Assembly (NCBI GenBank): GCA_001599295.1 | Contig: BCGN01000008.1 | Location: 806,001-870,000, forward strand | Reading direction: 5' to 3' | DNA length: 64,000 nt | DNA from: Sporopachydermia quercuum | Taxonomy: Eukaryota | In this document: positions 11,378-24,551 of the stretch, piece by piece | Layout: each line of letters starts with the position of its first letter | Numbering within the stretch: position 1 is the first letter of the stretch | The notes under the pieces: model-generated | Databases searched by the model: none | Told to the model about the DNA's origin: nothing | What the model saw: only the letters and a program-made list of their open reading frames with translations | Translations under genes and position numbers: made by a program

Positions 11378-12470
11378 GGTGGTTTATGACTGATGCTTAC
11401 AGGTACTTGGTTATTGAAAGAATAATCATAGAAATCACTGCTCTGAGAAAAAATGTGCGTATGTCTGTTACTATTGAATTCAATGCAAGTCTGTCCTGTT
11501 GATAACGATTGTCGGTCAAACTTGAACATATATTCGGGTTGGAGGCAACATAGCACATATGCAGTTTGCAAGAACTTGACAGACTTATTTGGTTAAGATT
11601 CTGTTGATCCTATATCTTTGCATATATTCTAATGTACGCATAGGTTTTACTTAGACTATATACGATGTAAAATCTATCATCTTATGTTCTAGTAACTGTG
11701 TCGTCTTGATTGTTGATAAGCACGTGCCTTACTGATTAAGTTCCATTCCGATAGATAAAGCAAAAGGCCATACGTATTGTAAGCATCTATTGTTTTCTTG
11801 AAAATGAAAGTAGTTCCATTGTCATCATTGACACTGTCTTACCATCAATTGTAATGGATTCTCTTGGAAATGTCATTGTGAATTCACTGACGTACCATAT
11901 CTAGAATATCCTATCTTCCAATTCAACCATACTATTAAAACAACNAATTCCAGTCGTTATGATTTTTCATTTACGTACTCTTGTCCATCATTATAATGGA
12001 AAAGAAATATAGAAGATAAAATAAAAACGTGAATTGATTGTTTGTAAAACCTCAAGGACGAAGAGCAGAGAATGTACAAGAACAGCTTAAGGTTAAGCTT
12101 TTTATCTTTGCATATTTATGCATAAAAATTAAATGGTTTCACCTCTTCAAGTCACGTATTCCATAAGTTATTGGACGAAGTATCAATTGTTTACAATAGA
12201 AAAAGTGAAAAGATCGCTAATTCAGATCAGATAATCTATGATCTTTGAAGTGACGCCTATACGCCGTAAACTTTTAGATTTGTATTTCTTTTGAGTCCTA
12301 ATGAATAGAGGTATAATTGATTTACTTAATAAGCTAAACAGCTGAAGAAACTAGATTAATTTGAAGGATCTGCTTTGAATGATAGGAACTGGTCTGGCTG
12401 TTCTAGTGGCATAGAAGTAGAAGGAACGGAAATCCTTTTTAATTTTAAGGGTTAGGAATAGAATCAAATC

Positions 12471-13526
12471 ATGGATTATAAAATGAGTGAATCAGAATCG
12501 AAGGAATTAAAACAAGCTGTCGTCGCAGCTGAGGAAGGAGAAGTAGAAGATACTTCCAATAAGGTAGCGAGTACAGATCTCAATGATACTAAGGTAGACA
12601 ACCGAGCAGAAGACGATGACGAAGAAGAAGAAGAAGAAGAAGATGATGATGATGACGAAGAAGAGGAAGAACTCAATAGAAAAGAGGAAGCTGTAAAGTA
12701 CTTGACACCGGCGCAGCTGAAATCGTTGAGGGAATTTGAAAAGAAGCTTCCTTCTATTGTACAAAATGCTGGAGATTACCANGAACTTTGGGGATTTGAT
12801 TTGCTTTCAGGAGAAAGATTTCAACCAGAAGTTCAAACGGCGTTGTTGTTGAAATTCTTGAAAGCGAATAAATATGTGGTGAAAGATGCAGAATCCCAGC
12901 TTTCGGACACACTCAAATGGAGAAAAGAATTCAAGCCTTTAGCAGCTGCAATTGAAGAAAAGCACGATGTTAAGTTTTCTTCGGTTGGATATATTACTTA
13001 CAACGAAAACAATCCTCTTCATATGAAAGTCACTACATGGAATATCTATGGTGGTGCTGGCTCCACCAAAGTACTATTTGAGGATCAAGAGAAGTTTTTA
13101 AGATGGAGGGTGGGATTGATGGAACAAGGTATTAAGATGTTGGATTTTACGAGCAGTGACAATAACTATATGGCTCAAGTACACGATTACAAGAATGCAT
13201 CATTTTTCAGAATGGATCCCAAGATGAAAAGGGCTACTACTTCTACTATCAAGATTTTCCAAAGATATTACCCTGAACTGTTATCCCAGAAGTATTTTGT
13301 TAATGTTCCTGCAATCATGGGTTGGGTGTTTCCTGTTATTAAAGCAATTATACCTAAAGAAACTGTTGCTAAATTTCACATGCTTACAGATGGAACTAAT
13401 CTCGCTAAACATATCCAAGGCACTATTCCTAACGAGTATGGAGGAAAGGGTACCTCCTTGAAGGAGATGTCAGTGAAACAAGATAAACTAATTCAGGTGT
13501 TTGTCAATGATTTAGGTGTTGATTGA
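12471..13526 (+). CDS. SFH5: Sec14-family (CRAL-TRIO) phosphatidylinositol transfer protein Sfh5
   Basis: ELWG, LLLKFLKAN, TWNIYG, FLRWRVGLME, QVHDYKNASFFRMDP, FQRYYPELLSQKYFVNVP. Acidic N-terminal extension. Confidence 0.92.
   Translation: MDYKMSESESKELKQAVVAAEEGEVEDTSNKVASTDLNDTKVDNRAEDDDEEEEEEEDDDDDEEEEELNRKEEAVKYLTPAQLKSLREFEKKLPSIVQNAGDYXELWGFDLLSGERFQPEVQTALLLKFLKANKYVVKDAESQLSDTLKWRKEFKPLAAAIEEKHDVKFSSVGYITYNENNPLHMKVTTWNIYGGAGSTKVLFEDQEKFLRWRVGLMEQGIKMLDFTSSDNNYMAQVHDYKNASFFRMDPKMKRATTSTIKIFQRYYPELLSQKYFVNVPAIMGWVFPVIKAIIPKETVAKFHMLTDGTNLAKHIQGTIPNEYGGKGTSLKEMSVKQDKLIQVFVNDLGVD
12608..12671 (+). repeat. GAA/GAT trinucleotide tract encoding poly-Glu/Asp in SFH5
   Basis: Direct reading of the sequence. 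Confidence 0.85.
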
Positions 13527-14723
13527 TGTTAATCAAGAAATAATACCAAGTTTATAAAAGGGTGATGACTATTTAGTAGTATGGCTATTTTTGGGCTCTC
13601 ATATGATGTTAATGTTGCAAACAATTCTCACATGATGTTTATAGAAAATTACAGAACAAACGTTTTTAATGAACAGTCAGTAGGAAAGCTATGAGTTTAT
13701 TTTTTAAACCAATATTTCTGTAGATTTGTCTTTGAGTAAACATAGAGTTCTAATATAATCAAGTGCACCTTAATAATCTTGGAGTCAGAATGAATAGGGA
13801 CATCCACTTAAGTTAAAGTTGAATCTTTAAAGTTATGAGACAACAGTTGAATGAAAACACGACTACCATTTGTTTGGATCGTTATTACAATAAGACAAAG
13901 CACAAAGGAAATCAGTACTAATAAGAAGCAATAGGCCTAACTAGAGAACTCACAATTCTACTTGCATTGCGGTGTTACTCATCTCAGTGATCCAGCTTGA
14001 TAATCTGCAACATTTTAAGCTTTACGGTACTCTCAAAAGTGTAAAGTTTAAATGTTGAAACTTCCCTAACCCCATTTTTTCATCCAGCATTAACTCAGCA
14101 AGCAATGCCAATCATCTGTCTAAACTGAATTATTCAGATATACTCAAACATTGTAAAATTAGTAATAAAGGATGTAATTTTATTCTATAGCTGGTAGATA
14201 CAATACCATTTTTATTTACCTGCTGAATAACCTTCAATTGCTTTTTCCTGTCTCTTTAAATAAACTTCATCTCACATCAAGTTCAAAACTAACCTTATCT
14301 TAAACTCTACTACTACTAGTAACATCACGTATCCCTCCGCGGCATACTTTTCCATCTCTTTCGTTTGGGAAGTTTCATAACAAGAAAAAAGAAGAGACAT
14401 CATCTCCATATTTCTACCATTCTCTTCTATTGCAAATCCTGTTGATTCGTTCAAACACTGGCCATTCAAGTACTCCAAAGTCACAATAATAAAGGGAAAT
14501 TCTTACAGTGACCTCTGCAAGCAGTGTTAAATTGATTGTTTCATGTTGAGGCCGAGTAAGAGTCTGCTTGAACATAGTCAGTTTCATCTTTTAGCCATTT
14601 TGCCATAAAGTAAAAACAATTGACTCATACACTTAGTTCGAGATCCGTATTATTTCAAAAACTTTCATTGTTGACAGCATGAAAATACACATTATGTTAA
14701 AGTAAAATAGGACAGATGAAATA

Positions 14724-17700
14724 ATGACAAGTGATACGCAAAAAGATTACTATAGGATTCTAAANTTGTCGTTTTCTAGCACTGAAGATGAAGTACGAAA
14801 TGCATATAAGACACTTGGTAAGTATTGATACAGTTCAGGTCATTTTGAAGAATCGACAAAGCTGTAAAACATTCCTCACATGTTATAATTCAGGAATTTT
14901 GCTCGAATTTCTGTTGCCTTATTTTTTTCTATTTTCTTAATAATTTTTTAGTCACATGCTAACAATTCAGCACTGCAACATCATCCTGACAAAGTTGGTG
15001 GAAATGGCGAAAAGTTCAAAGAAGTGCTAGCAGCTTACAAAACACTTTCAGATACTCATAAAAGAAGAATATATGATCAAACATATAAATCAACGTTTGG
15101 TAGAACTAGTTCCTTTTCTTTTCAAGAAAAAGCATCATACACTGGAGGTATGTTTATTTGGATTATTTTTTATTTCGGACTGCATGGATGATATTAATAT
15201 GGTTGGTAAAACATATATTTTCCAACCAGTTGCTATACGATCTACTGGTTTGTTTTTTATGGATAAACTAACATATAAATTCTTTCTTTCAGGTTTCCCA
15301 TCTGGATTTCCACGGTCTAAACCTAAGTCGGCTTATGATTATGCAGCAAGAAATAACTCCAGCTCAAAAAAGTCCAACAGTCCTCGAAATGATTCTCAAA
15401 ACAACAACAATAACAACAATTCATACTCTTATAGATATTCCAACCATTATCAGAGCAAGCCGAAGAACAGCAGTAGCAGAAATACCAGTTCATCAAACAG
15501 CAGCCCATACAGTTCTACTCATTCCAAATCCAAGCCCAGTGCGACACAGAGTCCTAAACCAAAGTTCAACACCAAACCAGCTTCCAGCAACAACAAGAAG
15601 CCAGAACCAAGTAATAACACTAAGCCATCTTTTACTGCTAATGCCTCTGATCTCAAGTCGTCTTCATTTCAATCATCATCCACTAAACATCCAGAGAAAG
15701 AAACAAGTTTTACAAGTACTATTGATGATTGGAACTTTACTAGGACATCGTACGCTTTTAAATCCACTGGACCTGAGGAGATAAGCTCAAGAAACCCTTC
15801 TTCTAAGAACAATAAGAAGGCAGAGAATAAGAGTACTAGTAGTCCCCATCATGCAACAAATGGTGAGTCACCAAGTACTGATAACAACAATACTACCAAC
15901 GATAATAATGCCACAGAAACATCTAATACTGGCCCTAGTACGAAGGCTACTTCTAGAGGCGATTGCAATACTAGTTTCAAATCTAACTCTGAAAAATTTA
16001 CCTCAAGTTCTGAAAATACGAAAAACGCTCGAAGTACAGACACGACACCAGAAAAGTCTAGACCAAATATCAATAATTCTACGAAACCTAATATATTTGA
16101 TCAATCAAGCCCTTCACCATCTAAGCCAAATTCTACCAGCAACATAGAAACACCAGGCACTAAAAGGAAAACCACGAAACCAAAGGCTGAGCCAAGTTTT
16201 AGGAAAGACAGCAAGACATTAAACAGACCTCTGGCAGTTCCTAAAACTCGATTGAACAGTATGCATACTGAAGCTGGAAAAGGTAAAGAAAGTACCAACT
16301 TCGATGATGATACAATTAAATCGTCTACAGGAACAGATACACAACACAATAATAGTAGTAATACCAATAGTAGTTTCGGTAATGCTGGTAGTACTAGCAA
16401 AATGTCTAACACTACTAATACAACACCTAGTAGCGAGAGCTTCAAATTCGATTTCGTGTTCAATCAGCAATCAAATACAACTGATGGATCCAGGGAATCA
16501 AGCCAGACTCCAACATCGGCCCAATCAAATACAAGAAAGCAAAGAAACCCTAGGAAAGTAAACCCATTCTTTAGAACAGGCAATACTCCAACATCAAACT
16601 TATGGCCCAAAGATAGTTCAATGAAAGCTGGGAATGGATTCACTAGTGCTAATATTCGCAATAGTAATGCTAGTCCTATAGAAACCTATAGCAAAACTGC
16701 TTTCAACCTTTTTAGCTTTGACTCTTCTGGTAGGCAAAGTGGCAGCAACATATTCACCGTTCCACATTCAAAATCCGCTAAAGAAGCTCAACAGCAAGAT
16801 AATGGAAGCAATGTTTTTGAAAGTAAAACCTTCAATGCAAAAGATTCAAGCGATGAACCAGCCAAAAAATTCTCAGAAGAAGACAAAGAAGGCAAAAAAG
16901 TAGACATAGAAGACATCGAAGAAACCTTGGATGATAGCTTTTCAACAGACGACATTCTAGATGAATTTGAGTTCGATTTCAGGACACCTCAAAAAGAAAA
17001 GGATGGAAGAAACGCTAAGAAACTGTCTGAAGAGAACGTGAAAGAATGCTCATCATCCTTTGATACTCAGAAAACCTCAGACACTTCTTTTGACTTTAAA
17101 CCGATGTTCAACGTTCCTCCATTCGAAAATAACCAGTTTTCGTTCAGTAGACCTGATACTGATAACAACGATACTTCAACCAGCAGCAGTAGCAAAACGT
17201 GGAAATTTCCTGGGATCGATGAGGGAAATCCCAGTACATTTGCATCTGCATCTTCAAAGACAACTTTTGGCTCAACTGCTACAGCTTCTGTTTCTGAGAC
17301 ACAGGAACCAATTTATGATCCTGATACAAGCTCAGACTCTGATGATGAATTTATGGCTTCATTTAAGAATTCTTTTAAAGGGGGCAAAAGTAAGCCTCGC
17401 CACCAAACCAGTAGCCCATTTGATCAATTTCTGAGTAAGGCATCCAATGACTACGAGAAATTTGATTCTGATAAAGTGAAAGCGAATATAAGACAATTCT
17501 TGAACCAGCCAAAACTTATCACACTAGAGAATCTAATACCAATGGAACTTGGAGATGTTACACAGCTCAATCCGCCAAATTTACCACAGAATCCGTCATT
17601 TGTTAACAAATACTCAATCGCTGTTTACTTGAAAACTATAGAAACATACATAAGTCAATGGAATACATATAATTCNACAGTATTATACTATCTGCAACGA

Positions 17701-17883
17701 AGACAATCCATCTCTGAAGCAAAGCTACCAGAATGTTTCAGTGCTAAGGAAAACTTGGATGTGTATTTGCAAGCGGAGGAGATAGATGAAGGAATATCCA
17801 CTAGATGGAGTCAAGCAAGAATTTTGCACAATAATTTTATGAAATTGTTTGCTGCACTTTTCGTTCGAGAAAGATTATCATAA
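14724..17883 (+). CDS. Large class C J-domain protein (Jjj2-like): J-domain, about 800-aa Ser/Asn/Thr-rich disordered region, C-terminal helical domain; exons 14724-14817, 14971-15147, 15293-17883
   Basis: Exons 1-2, missed by the ORF track, give [16 protein letters not shown]...[16 protein letters not shown]...[21 protein letters not shown]. Introns: GTAAGT..TGCTAAC..CAG and GTATGT..AACTAAC..CAG. The splice restores the frame of ORF 15073..17883. Confidence 0.88.
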
Positions 17884-18370
17884 GCGAGATTGTATCGAAT
17901 TTTGGTTTATGGGAAAAGGTGAAACACACATACAAGAAGAATTTCAAAGGGACTGGCTGACTCAATGAATCTTTTGCTTTATTATGAATCTTGCTTTATT
18001 ATAAACGAATATATTTATTCTGATCAGTAGCTCTGTTAATATTATCTTCTATGTTAGAAAGTTTCATGAATATTTCACCCTGTCAAAGTACCTCTTTCTA
18101 CTTTCACTATTAATTTCGCACATCAACTATACTGCAATAAGTATATAGTCCGGGTTTTAGCATATTCTTCTTAGCAAAACTCTTCAATGTTATCCATTAA
18201 GTGACCAAGCACAACTTTCACCTAACCTAACATAAAGGACCTCCTATATTCCAAATTTCTATTGTATATCTAGATATTTGAAGACCAAGCACATGAATCA
18301 TAATATCTATCTTTCTATGAACTGATATACTAAACCCTATCTATNTATTTTTATTATTATTGCAACTTAA

Positions 18371-18465
18371 ACCACGTAATAAATATAAAACACGAAACAA
18401 ACGCGGTTGAAGATAAAGCCACGTGATCAGGTAACTTCACGTGGCTCCAGAGCACAAACACGTAA
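18371..18465. promoter_or_regulatory. ACGT-core motif cluster upstream of MCD4, including a perfect 10-bp inverted repeat AGCCACGTGA-N10-TCACGTGGCT
   Basis: CACGTA at about 18373 and 18459, CACGAAA 18391-18397, ACGCG 18401-18405, inverted repeat arms 18417-18426 and 18437-18446. Confidence 0.6.
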
Positions 18466-18752
18466 ATCATCTTGAGATGAATGGATCTATCATATTCACC
18501 TTTGTGGTTACTTTGCATTAAAAAGTTATTCAGAAAGTTATTCAGAAAGTTGTGGAAAATAAGTGGATTATCTGAAGGTAGTGTTCCAGTAAGCCGATCA
18601 GGTCTATTCAGATTAGTAACTTTTTCAATTGACCATCTTCAGAACTGTAGTATCAATTAGAGATGAACTAGCGTTCAGATCAAATATAAGGAGATCAAGA
18701 TATCATATTAAAGGTTCAGATTAGATATCGAATAAAGGAAAGCCAGAACATT

Positions 18753-21572
18753 ATGAACCTGCTTACAAGACATTCACTATTAGTAATAGGTGTGATATTT
18801 CATATTGTCTATCTATGGAGTATCTTTGATATTTACTTTATCAGTCCATTAACCCATGGAATGCTTCAACATGTCTCAACTCTGAATCCACCAGCAAAGA
18901 GGTTGTTTCTTATAGTGGGTGATGGCCTAAGAGCAGATAAATGTTTGGATAAAGTAGTTCACCCTATAACTGGAGAAGCAGAATATTTGGCTCCTCATCT
19001 GAGGGATATTATCAACAATAGAGGCACATTTGGCGTATCTCATACCCGCATGCCAACAGAGTCACGTCCGGGACATGTTGCAATAATTGCTGGTTTCTAT
19101 GAAGATGTAAGTGCTGTAACTAAAGGCTGGAAAGAAAATCCAGTTGATTTTGACTCTGTATTTAATCAGTCGTCTCATACCTGGTCTTTCGGATCACCAG
19201 ATATCTTACCAATGTTTGCTACTGGTGCTTCTGACAAGGACAAGGTTGAAACTTTTATGTATGGTCATGAGTTTGAGGATTTTTCGAAGACTTCAATTGA
19301 ATTAGACACTTTCGTTTTCAACCACGTAAGAGACTTGTTTGGAAAAGCCAGAGGGGATAAAGAATTAAAAGCTAAACTTCATTCTGAACAGATAGTGTTT
19401 TTTTTACATTTACTTGGTTGTGATACTGCAGGGCATTCCTATAGACCATATTCTGCTGAGTATTACGATAATGTCAAGTATATTGACGGAGAAATTGAAC
19501 AACTTGAAAAGTTGGTACAAGAATTTTATAATGATGATCAAACTGCGTTTGTTTTCACTGCTGACCATGGAATGAGTGACTTTGGTAGCCATGGTGATGG
19601 TCATCCGGATAATACTCGTACCCCAATTATTGCCTGGGGAGCTGGCGTGAATACCCCAGTGAAAGGAGAGAAAGGTGATCATGATGAATTTTCAGTCCCA
19701 TGGGAATTAAACAATGTTAAACGAAATGATATCAATCAAGCTGATATTGCTCCATTGATGTCTTATTTAATTGGCTTGAACTATCCTGCAAATTCGGTAG
19801 GTGAATTACCACTAAACTTTTTATCGGGTGCTGAGCATGATAAGCTGCAAGCTCTTTTGGCAAATTGCATGGAAATCGTTGAACAATTCAGAGTTAAGGA
19901 AACAAAACAGAAACAAGTGCAAATCAGGTTCACTCCTTACCCTGATTTTGAGGGCGAAGGAAATTCCATCGATGATAGATTACATAGAATAGAAGAATTA
20001 TTGAATAGTGAAAACTCAATTGACCATGATAATGCTATTGCTCAAACAGAAGACCTTATGAAACTTGCTTTGGAAGGATTGAACTATTTGCAGACNTACA
20101 ATTGGTTTTTCCTACGAACGATGATTAGTTTTGGCTTTTTTGGATGGATTCTATTTGCAATCACATCTTTCATGAATATGTATGTCATTCCAGAGAAAAA
20201 AGATAGGCAACCAGGTTTACTATTGAAGTCCATTAGTATCGGCAGTTTAGTAACTCTTTGGGGTGTGTTCCTAAAAGAGGAATCGCCCATCAATTATTAT
20301 TTCTATTCAGTGTTCCCTGTTTTCTTCTGGACTGTAATTATTGGTCATAGAAATACTCTTGTTCAAGGACTGAGACTACTAGCTGTTAGAGCTAATGAGA
20401 AATTCCCATTCACCTATGGAGCTTCTGTTTTAATCGTCACATTTATGTTCTTAGAATCCATGGTTTATGGTTATTTCAATAGAGATATCTTCACCGTTAT
20501 TTTCATCTTGCTATCATTTTGGCCTTACTTGCAAAACTTTGAAATAGCAAAGGAGAATTTGGAATATTCTATCTCATGGACAGTTTTTTGTTTATTTTCA
20601 AGTATATTTACATTACTACCTGCTAACAAGGAAGAATCTGCACTACTAATTACCTTTGGAGGTGTGTTAATGATACTTGGTGGCTTATTTGGTTTATATT
20701 CAATCAAGAGAAACCCTCAAATCCAGCTAAAGCAAACCACTGAATATCTATTGTTGACTCAGCTGATATTAGTCATAGCTTGCCTGGTAGTTACTCAAGC
20801 AGCAATTACTGCTTTAGAGAGAAAGGATGGTTTACCATTTTACCTACAAATATTGGGCTGGATCACATTACTTGGATCAGTTATTATTCCTGCTTTCCAT
20901 AGTTTGTCTGTGAATACAAATAGTGATGTAAGAATGCTGACATTGTTTTTAGCATTCTCTGTGCCTTTCATTATTCTTACAATCTCTTATGAAGGTTTAT
21001 TCTTTGTTGGCTTTAGTGGAGTATTATTAACATGGGTTAAACTTGAAGAGCTATTTTACGCCAGGGATGAATCCAGAAATAAAGGAATATCATTGAAGTT
21101 TATTAGAGTTGCTTTGTTTTCATTTTTCTTTGCTCAAGTTGGCTTCTTTGGTACTGGTAACATTGCATCTATTTCATCATTCTCATTGGATTCAGTCAGA
21201 AGATTGATTCCTATTTTTGATCCTTTTGCCATGGGTGCTTTATTAATGTTCAAGCTCTTACTGCCATTCACTGTTTTGTCATTTGCTCTAGGAATTCTCA
21301 ATATATCATTCCAAGTAGAAGAATCGTTACTTTTCACCATTGTTATATCCATATCGGATATTCTATCGGTGAATTTCTTTTATCTTGTAAGAAGGGAAGG
21401 AAGTTGGCTTGATATTGGAACAAGCATATCTAATTATTGTATTGCTTGTCTAATGAGTTTGTTCATCATTGGGTTGGAATACGTCAGTGCTGTTATGGTA
21501 GCGGGCATTATCAATGACACTCCTACAGAAGCTACAAAGAGTAAGAAAGTGATAGATCATAAAGATGATTAG
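18753..21572 (+). CDS. MCD4: GPI ethanolamine phosphate transferase 1 (PIG-N)
   Basis: [83 protein letters not shown]. Multi-TM C-terminal half. Confidence 0.98.
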   Translation: MNLLTRHSLLVIGVIFHIVYLWSIFDIYFISPLTHGMLQHVSTLNPPAKRLFLIVGDGLRADKCLDKVVHPITGEAEYLAPHLRDIINNRGTFGVSHTRMPTESRPGHVAIIAGFYEDVSAVTKGWKENPVDFDSVFNQSSHTWSFGSPDILPMFATGASDKDKVETFMYGHEFEDFSKTSIELDTFVFNHVRDLFGKARGDKELKAKLHSEQIVFFLHLLGCDTAGHSYRPYSAEYYDNVKYIDGEIEQLEKLVQEFYNDDQTAFVFTADHGMSDFGSHGDGHPDNTRTPIIAWGAGVNTPVKGEKGDHDEFSVPWELNNVKRNDINQADIAPLMSYLIGLNYPANSVGELPLNFLSGAEHDKLQALLANCMEIVEQFRVKETKQKQVQIRFTPYPDFEGEGNSIDDRLHRIEELLNSENSIDHDNAIAQTEDLMKLALEGLNYLQXYNWFFLRTMISFGFFGWILFAITSFMNMYVIPEKKDRQPGLLLKSISIGSLVTLWGVFLKEESPINYYFYSVFPVFFWTVIIGHRNTLVQGLRLLAVRANEKFPFTYGASVLIVTFMFLESMVYGYFNRDIFTVIFILLSFWPYLQNFEIAKENLEYSISWTVFCLFSSIFTLLPANKEESALLITFGGVLMILGGLFGLYSIKRNPQIQLKQTTEYLLLTQLILVIACLVVTQAAITALERKDGLPFYLQILGWITLLGSVIIPAFHSLSVNTNSDVRMLTLFLAFSVPFIILTISYEGLFFVGFSGVLLTWVKLEELFYARDESRNKGISLKFIRVALFSFFFAQVGFFGTGNIASISSFSLDSVRRLIPIFDPFAMGALLMFKLLLPFTVLSFALGILNISFQVEESLLFTIVISISDILSVNFFYLVRREGSWLDIGTSISNYCIACLMSLFIIGLEYVSAVMVAGIINDTPTEATKSKKVIDHKDD

Positions 21573-22593
21573 AAACTATCCGGAAGAATAAAAGAATATG
21601 CTGAAATGGAAATCGAAGAACCAGAAATCGTGTAGGTATAATAAAAAGGTGAAAAGATTATAGATAATTCTGATCATTGATAATGTAGAGTCGCTAGTAG
21701 TTGAGTCTTAAATCAATGAAATCTTTCAGCTAGTCATATTTAGTTAGAACTCAAACTATGTATATTTCAGTCTTACCTAAAAAAGATTGGAGTTCAAGAT
21801 TCANTAAAGATCTATTAGACAGATCTCTGAAGTACAGCAAATACTTTTCTTTTTATCTTGAGNTTTAAGTGTTCACTGCTTAATGACTTACTAGAAATTA
21901 GTATTCATATTCCACAAGTTATATATGGAAGAAGTGGATACTTTATTTCATGAATTTCATAAGTATTGCATAAGATGCCAGATAATGCCACCAAAGGAGA
22001 CACAGCGAGATTTACTTTTCTTTGAAAGTCCTAATAATAATAAGAATAATAAAAATGGAGTACTGTCAATGAAAACGATTAAACACTCAACCTTGCTACT
22101 TCGAAATACTTGATTATCATAAATATTAGTTTTTATCTGAAAATTCAATTTTCTAATTGAGATTTCACCATGAATCTTATCAGAAGCTTTGAATCTACTG
22201 AAAAGATCTAATTTAGGTTTTGATTATAAGATAAAGTTCAATGCAGGGAATGCTCAACTACATTAGCATCCCAAACTCAATTCATCTCCATTTGAATCTT
22301 GGAATCCTTTTACTTAGCTACCACTATTCCTATCAGATTTGTTCGAGATATATAGTAAGGAAAGTTAGTGTCTGAAAAGAACCCCAATCAAATCTCTAAA
22401 GGATTAGATATTTACTGAGGGAAAATTTTATATTGTTTCTTAATATTTGCCTTAGAGATGACTAAGAGACTATAGAAGCACTATTTAATTTGATCTTTCA
22501 ACATAGACGGCCATTTTATCTAGTGGAAGTATCATTATACCTTTTATTAGAACGCATCCATCATTAAATATCTTTTTGTTCTCACGCTTCATT

Positions 22594-23307
22594 ATGCATC
22601 AAATGTCAATCAGTCACGGAATTCATGAACCTAAAGGTCGGAAATTGTTCGTGTATGTATTAGTTCTACCCTCTTCTTTCTTTGTTGCCTATCTAACACT
22701 ATTTTAACACACCTTGCTCCACATTGTAAATATATCTAATTACATTTCAATAAAGAAAGTATGACTCTATTACTATAAGTCACACTACCAATTAACTAAC
22801 AATCAAACTAGATATGGCACTCTCATGGCTCCCAAAGTTCTGAGCAGTGTGCTGAATAAGAATAGATTAACTGCGAAACAGAAGCAAGACTCATCAGACT
22901 CAGCACTTGAGTTCCATCCTGCTATATTACAGGGCTACACCAGGTTTAAAGTGAAAGGTGAAGCGTATCCAGGTATAGTAAAAAATGATTTACTAAATAA
23001 CCAAGCAGACCTAATCAAAACTTTTGACTACGTAAAAGGTGTCCTTGTCTCTGGTTTATCAGATGCTGATATCATACTTCTAGATCGATTCGAAGGTGAT
23101 GAGTATATGCGAAAGAAAGTGAGCGTGCAAATGCTGGATCCAGAAAACAGCAATAACGAAAGTATATCGAATGTGGAGACATATGTCTTTATTGCAGGAA
23201 CTGACAATTTTGNTTTGAAGGAGCCCTGGCAGTTCGATGAATTCGTTGATAAGGAAATGAATAGTTGGATAGGCAAAGAACTTGAGCAAATGGACTATCA
23301 CCAATAG
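22594..23307 (+). CDS. AIG2-like / gamma-glutamylcyclotransferase-fold protein; exons 22594 (or 22603)-22652, 22812-23307
   Basis: Splicing (GTATGT 22653...AACTAAC...TAG 22811) rebuilds the family motif LFV|YGTLM. Also PAILQGYTRFKVKGEAYPG and LDRFEGDEY. Confidence 0.88.
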
Positions 23308-23654
23308 GTGACATTCTAGAGAACAAAAACAACNGGGGAAGGAGTATGGAAATAACACAAGTGAGGGGATAATGAAATAGAAACAGAACCAATAAAACCG
23401 TGGAAAGTATTGAAACGTAAGGATTCTCGTTAAACTTCATTCAAAATGTTCCACTACTACTATTATTATTAATGTTGTATTTTTATTATTTATTCTATCT
23501 TTTCTTAAACTCCATGATACGAATGAATTTCCCATTAATGAATGTTACCTATAGCTTTGATTAAATGAACCATCAACACTGGAATCATAACCGCTCAAAC
23601 CCAATCCACCTCTCCAATGTAAAAATATGAACACCGCAATGCAATTAAAAAACC

Positions 23655-24551
23655 TCAGCAATTTCTCGACGAACTATTGAGTGAAATATTTGATAACTCA
23701 ACAACCAATTGTTCAGAAGTTGTCTTCTTGCACACACTGCTGGGATCTTCGTTTCTATTCTCAACAGCAGTTGCCTTTGCGGAAGTTGCAGACATCGTAT
23801 CTAACTTGTCACTAAGATGATCGTGTTCATCGTCCATTCCATAATCTCTCCGTAGGAAATAGTTCCAAACCCTGAGCATATGATACTGCTTGAATCTGAT
23901 AATCCATACAAACTGACTAGTAAAAATACCAAACTCCAGTAGGAATACTAGACAATATAAGATGATGCCCATGATATCTATATCACCTTTTTGAACTACT
24001 AACGAGAAGATTGAAAATAAAGCACCTAAGGAATCCATAAGCAAGAATAAGAAATTGATACCCATTACTCTTCCTTGTCTTTTAGCTAGTTCGAAATATG
24101 GAGGAAATAAGCCAAGTGCTAATAATATTGATGCCATGATACCCATTATCAAATTGGGATATTTGATACCTCTNTCATATAACCGTTTGAAACCAATAAT
24201 AAAACCTGTTTCGAAACCAACACCAAATGCCAAAAATAATGCAAAATAAAGAAAAGCGATTCTCTTTGGTTTAGGATTTGGTGGATAATATACACATTGA
24301 ATCCACGTAATACTTGAAAAAAGTGTGAACAGTTGAGGTTGGACTTGCACAGGGATATTTGCTTGCTGAACAATGAAATAGACACCAAATGGTAAACCTG
24401 AAAGTGCCCATAAGAACATCATGATTGGTGGCAATCCTTCAACATTTTTCCTTCTCCAGTTGAACCAAATTTGAGGAATTAATTGAATACACCATANAAT
24501 AGTACCAATGGTACCCAGGGCATTGGCTGCTGCCAAATTCTCAGCAACCAT
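23655..24551 (-). CDS. ILT1: PQ-loop membrane protein, Ilt1/YDR090C family
   Basis: WCIQLIPQIWFNWRRK..GLPPIMMFLW, QVQPQLF, PPYFELAKRQGRVMGINFLFL. About 7 TM. Confidence 0.88.
   Translation of the reverse strand: MVAENLAAANALGTIGTIXWCIQLIPQIWFNWRRKNVEGLPPIMMFLWALSGLPFGVYFIVQQANIPVQVQPQLFTLFSSITWIQCVYYPPNPKPKRIAFLYFALFLAFGVGFETGFIIGFKRLYXRGIKYPNLIMGIMASILLALGLFPPYFELAKRQGRVMGINFLFLLMDSLGALFSIFSLVVQKGDIDIMGIILYCLVFLLEFGIFTSQFVWIIRFKQYHMLRVWNYFLRRDYGMDDEHDHLSDKLDTMSATSAKATAVENRNEDPSSVCKKTTSEQLVVELSNISLNSSSRNC

Noticed and set aside
15073..15292. N-terminus of the track's 936-aa ORF
   Set aside because: It reads out of frame through exon 2 and then through intron 2. The real start is the J-domain exon at 14724.
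18522..18551. AAAGTTATTCAG x2.5 tandem duplication; similar short repeats near 6069-6095 and 38495-38522
   Set aside because: Ordinary slippage duplications with no spacers; not CRISPR-like.
21573..21635. 20 in-frame codons after the MCD4 stop (possible readthrough)
   Set aside because: TAG-AAA is not a leaky context, the extension has no targeting signal, and this length is expected by chance.
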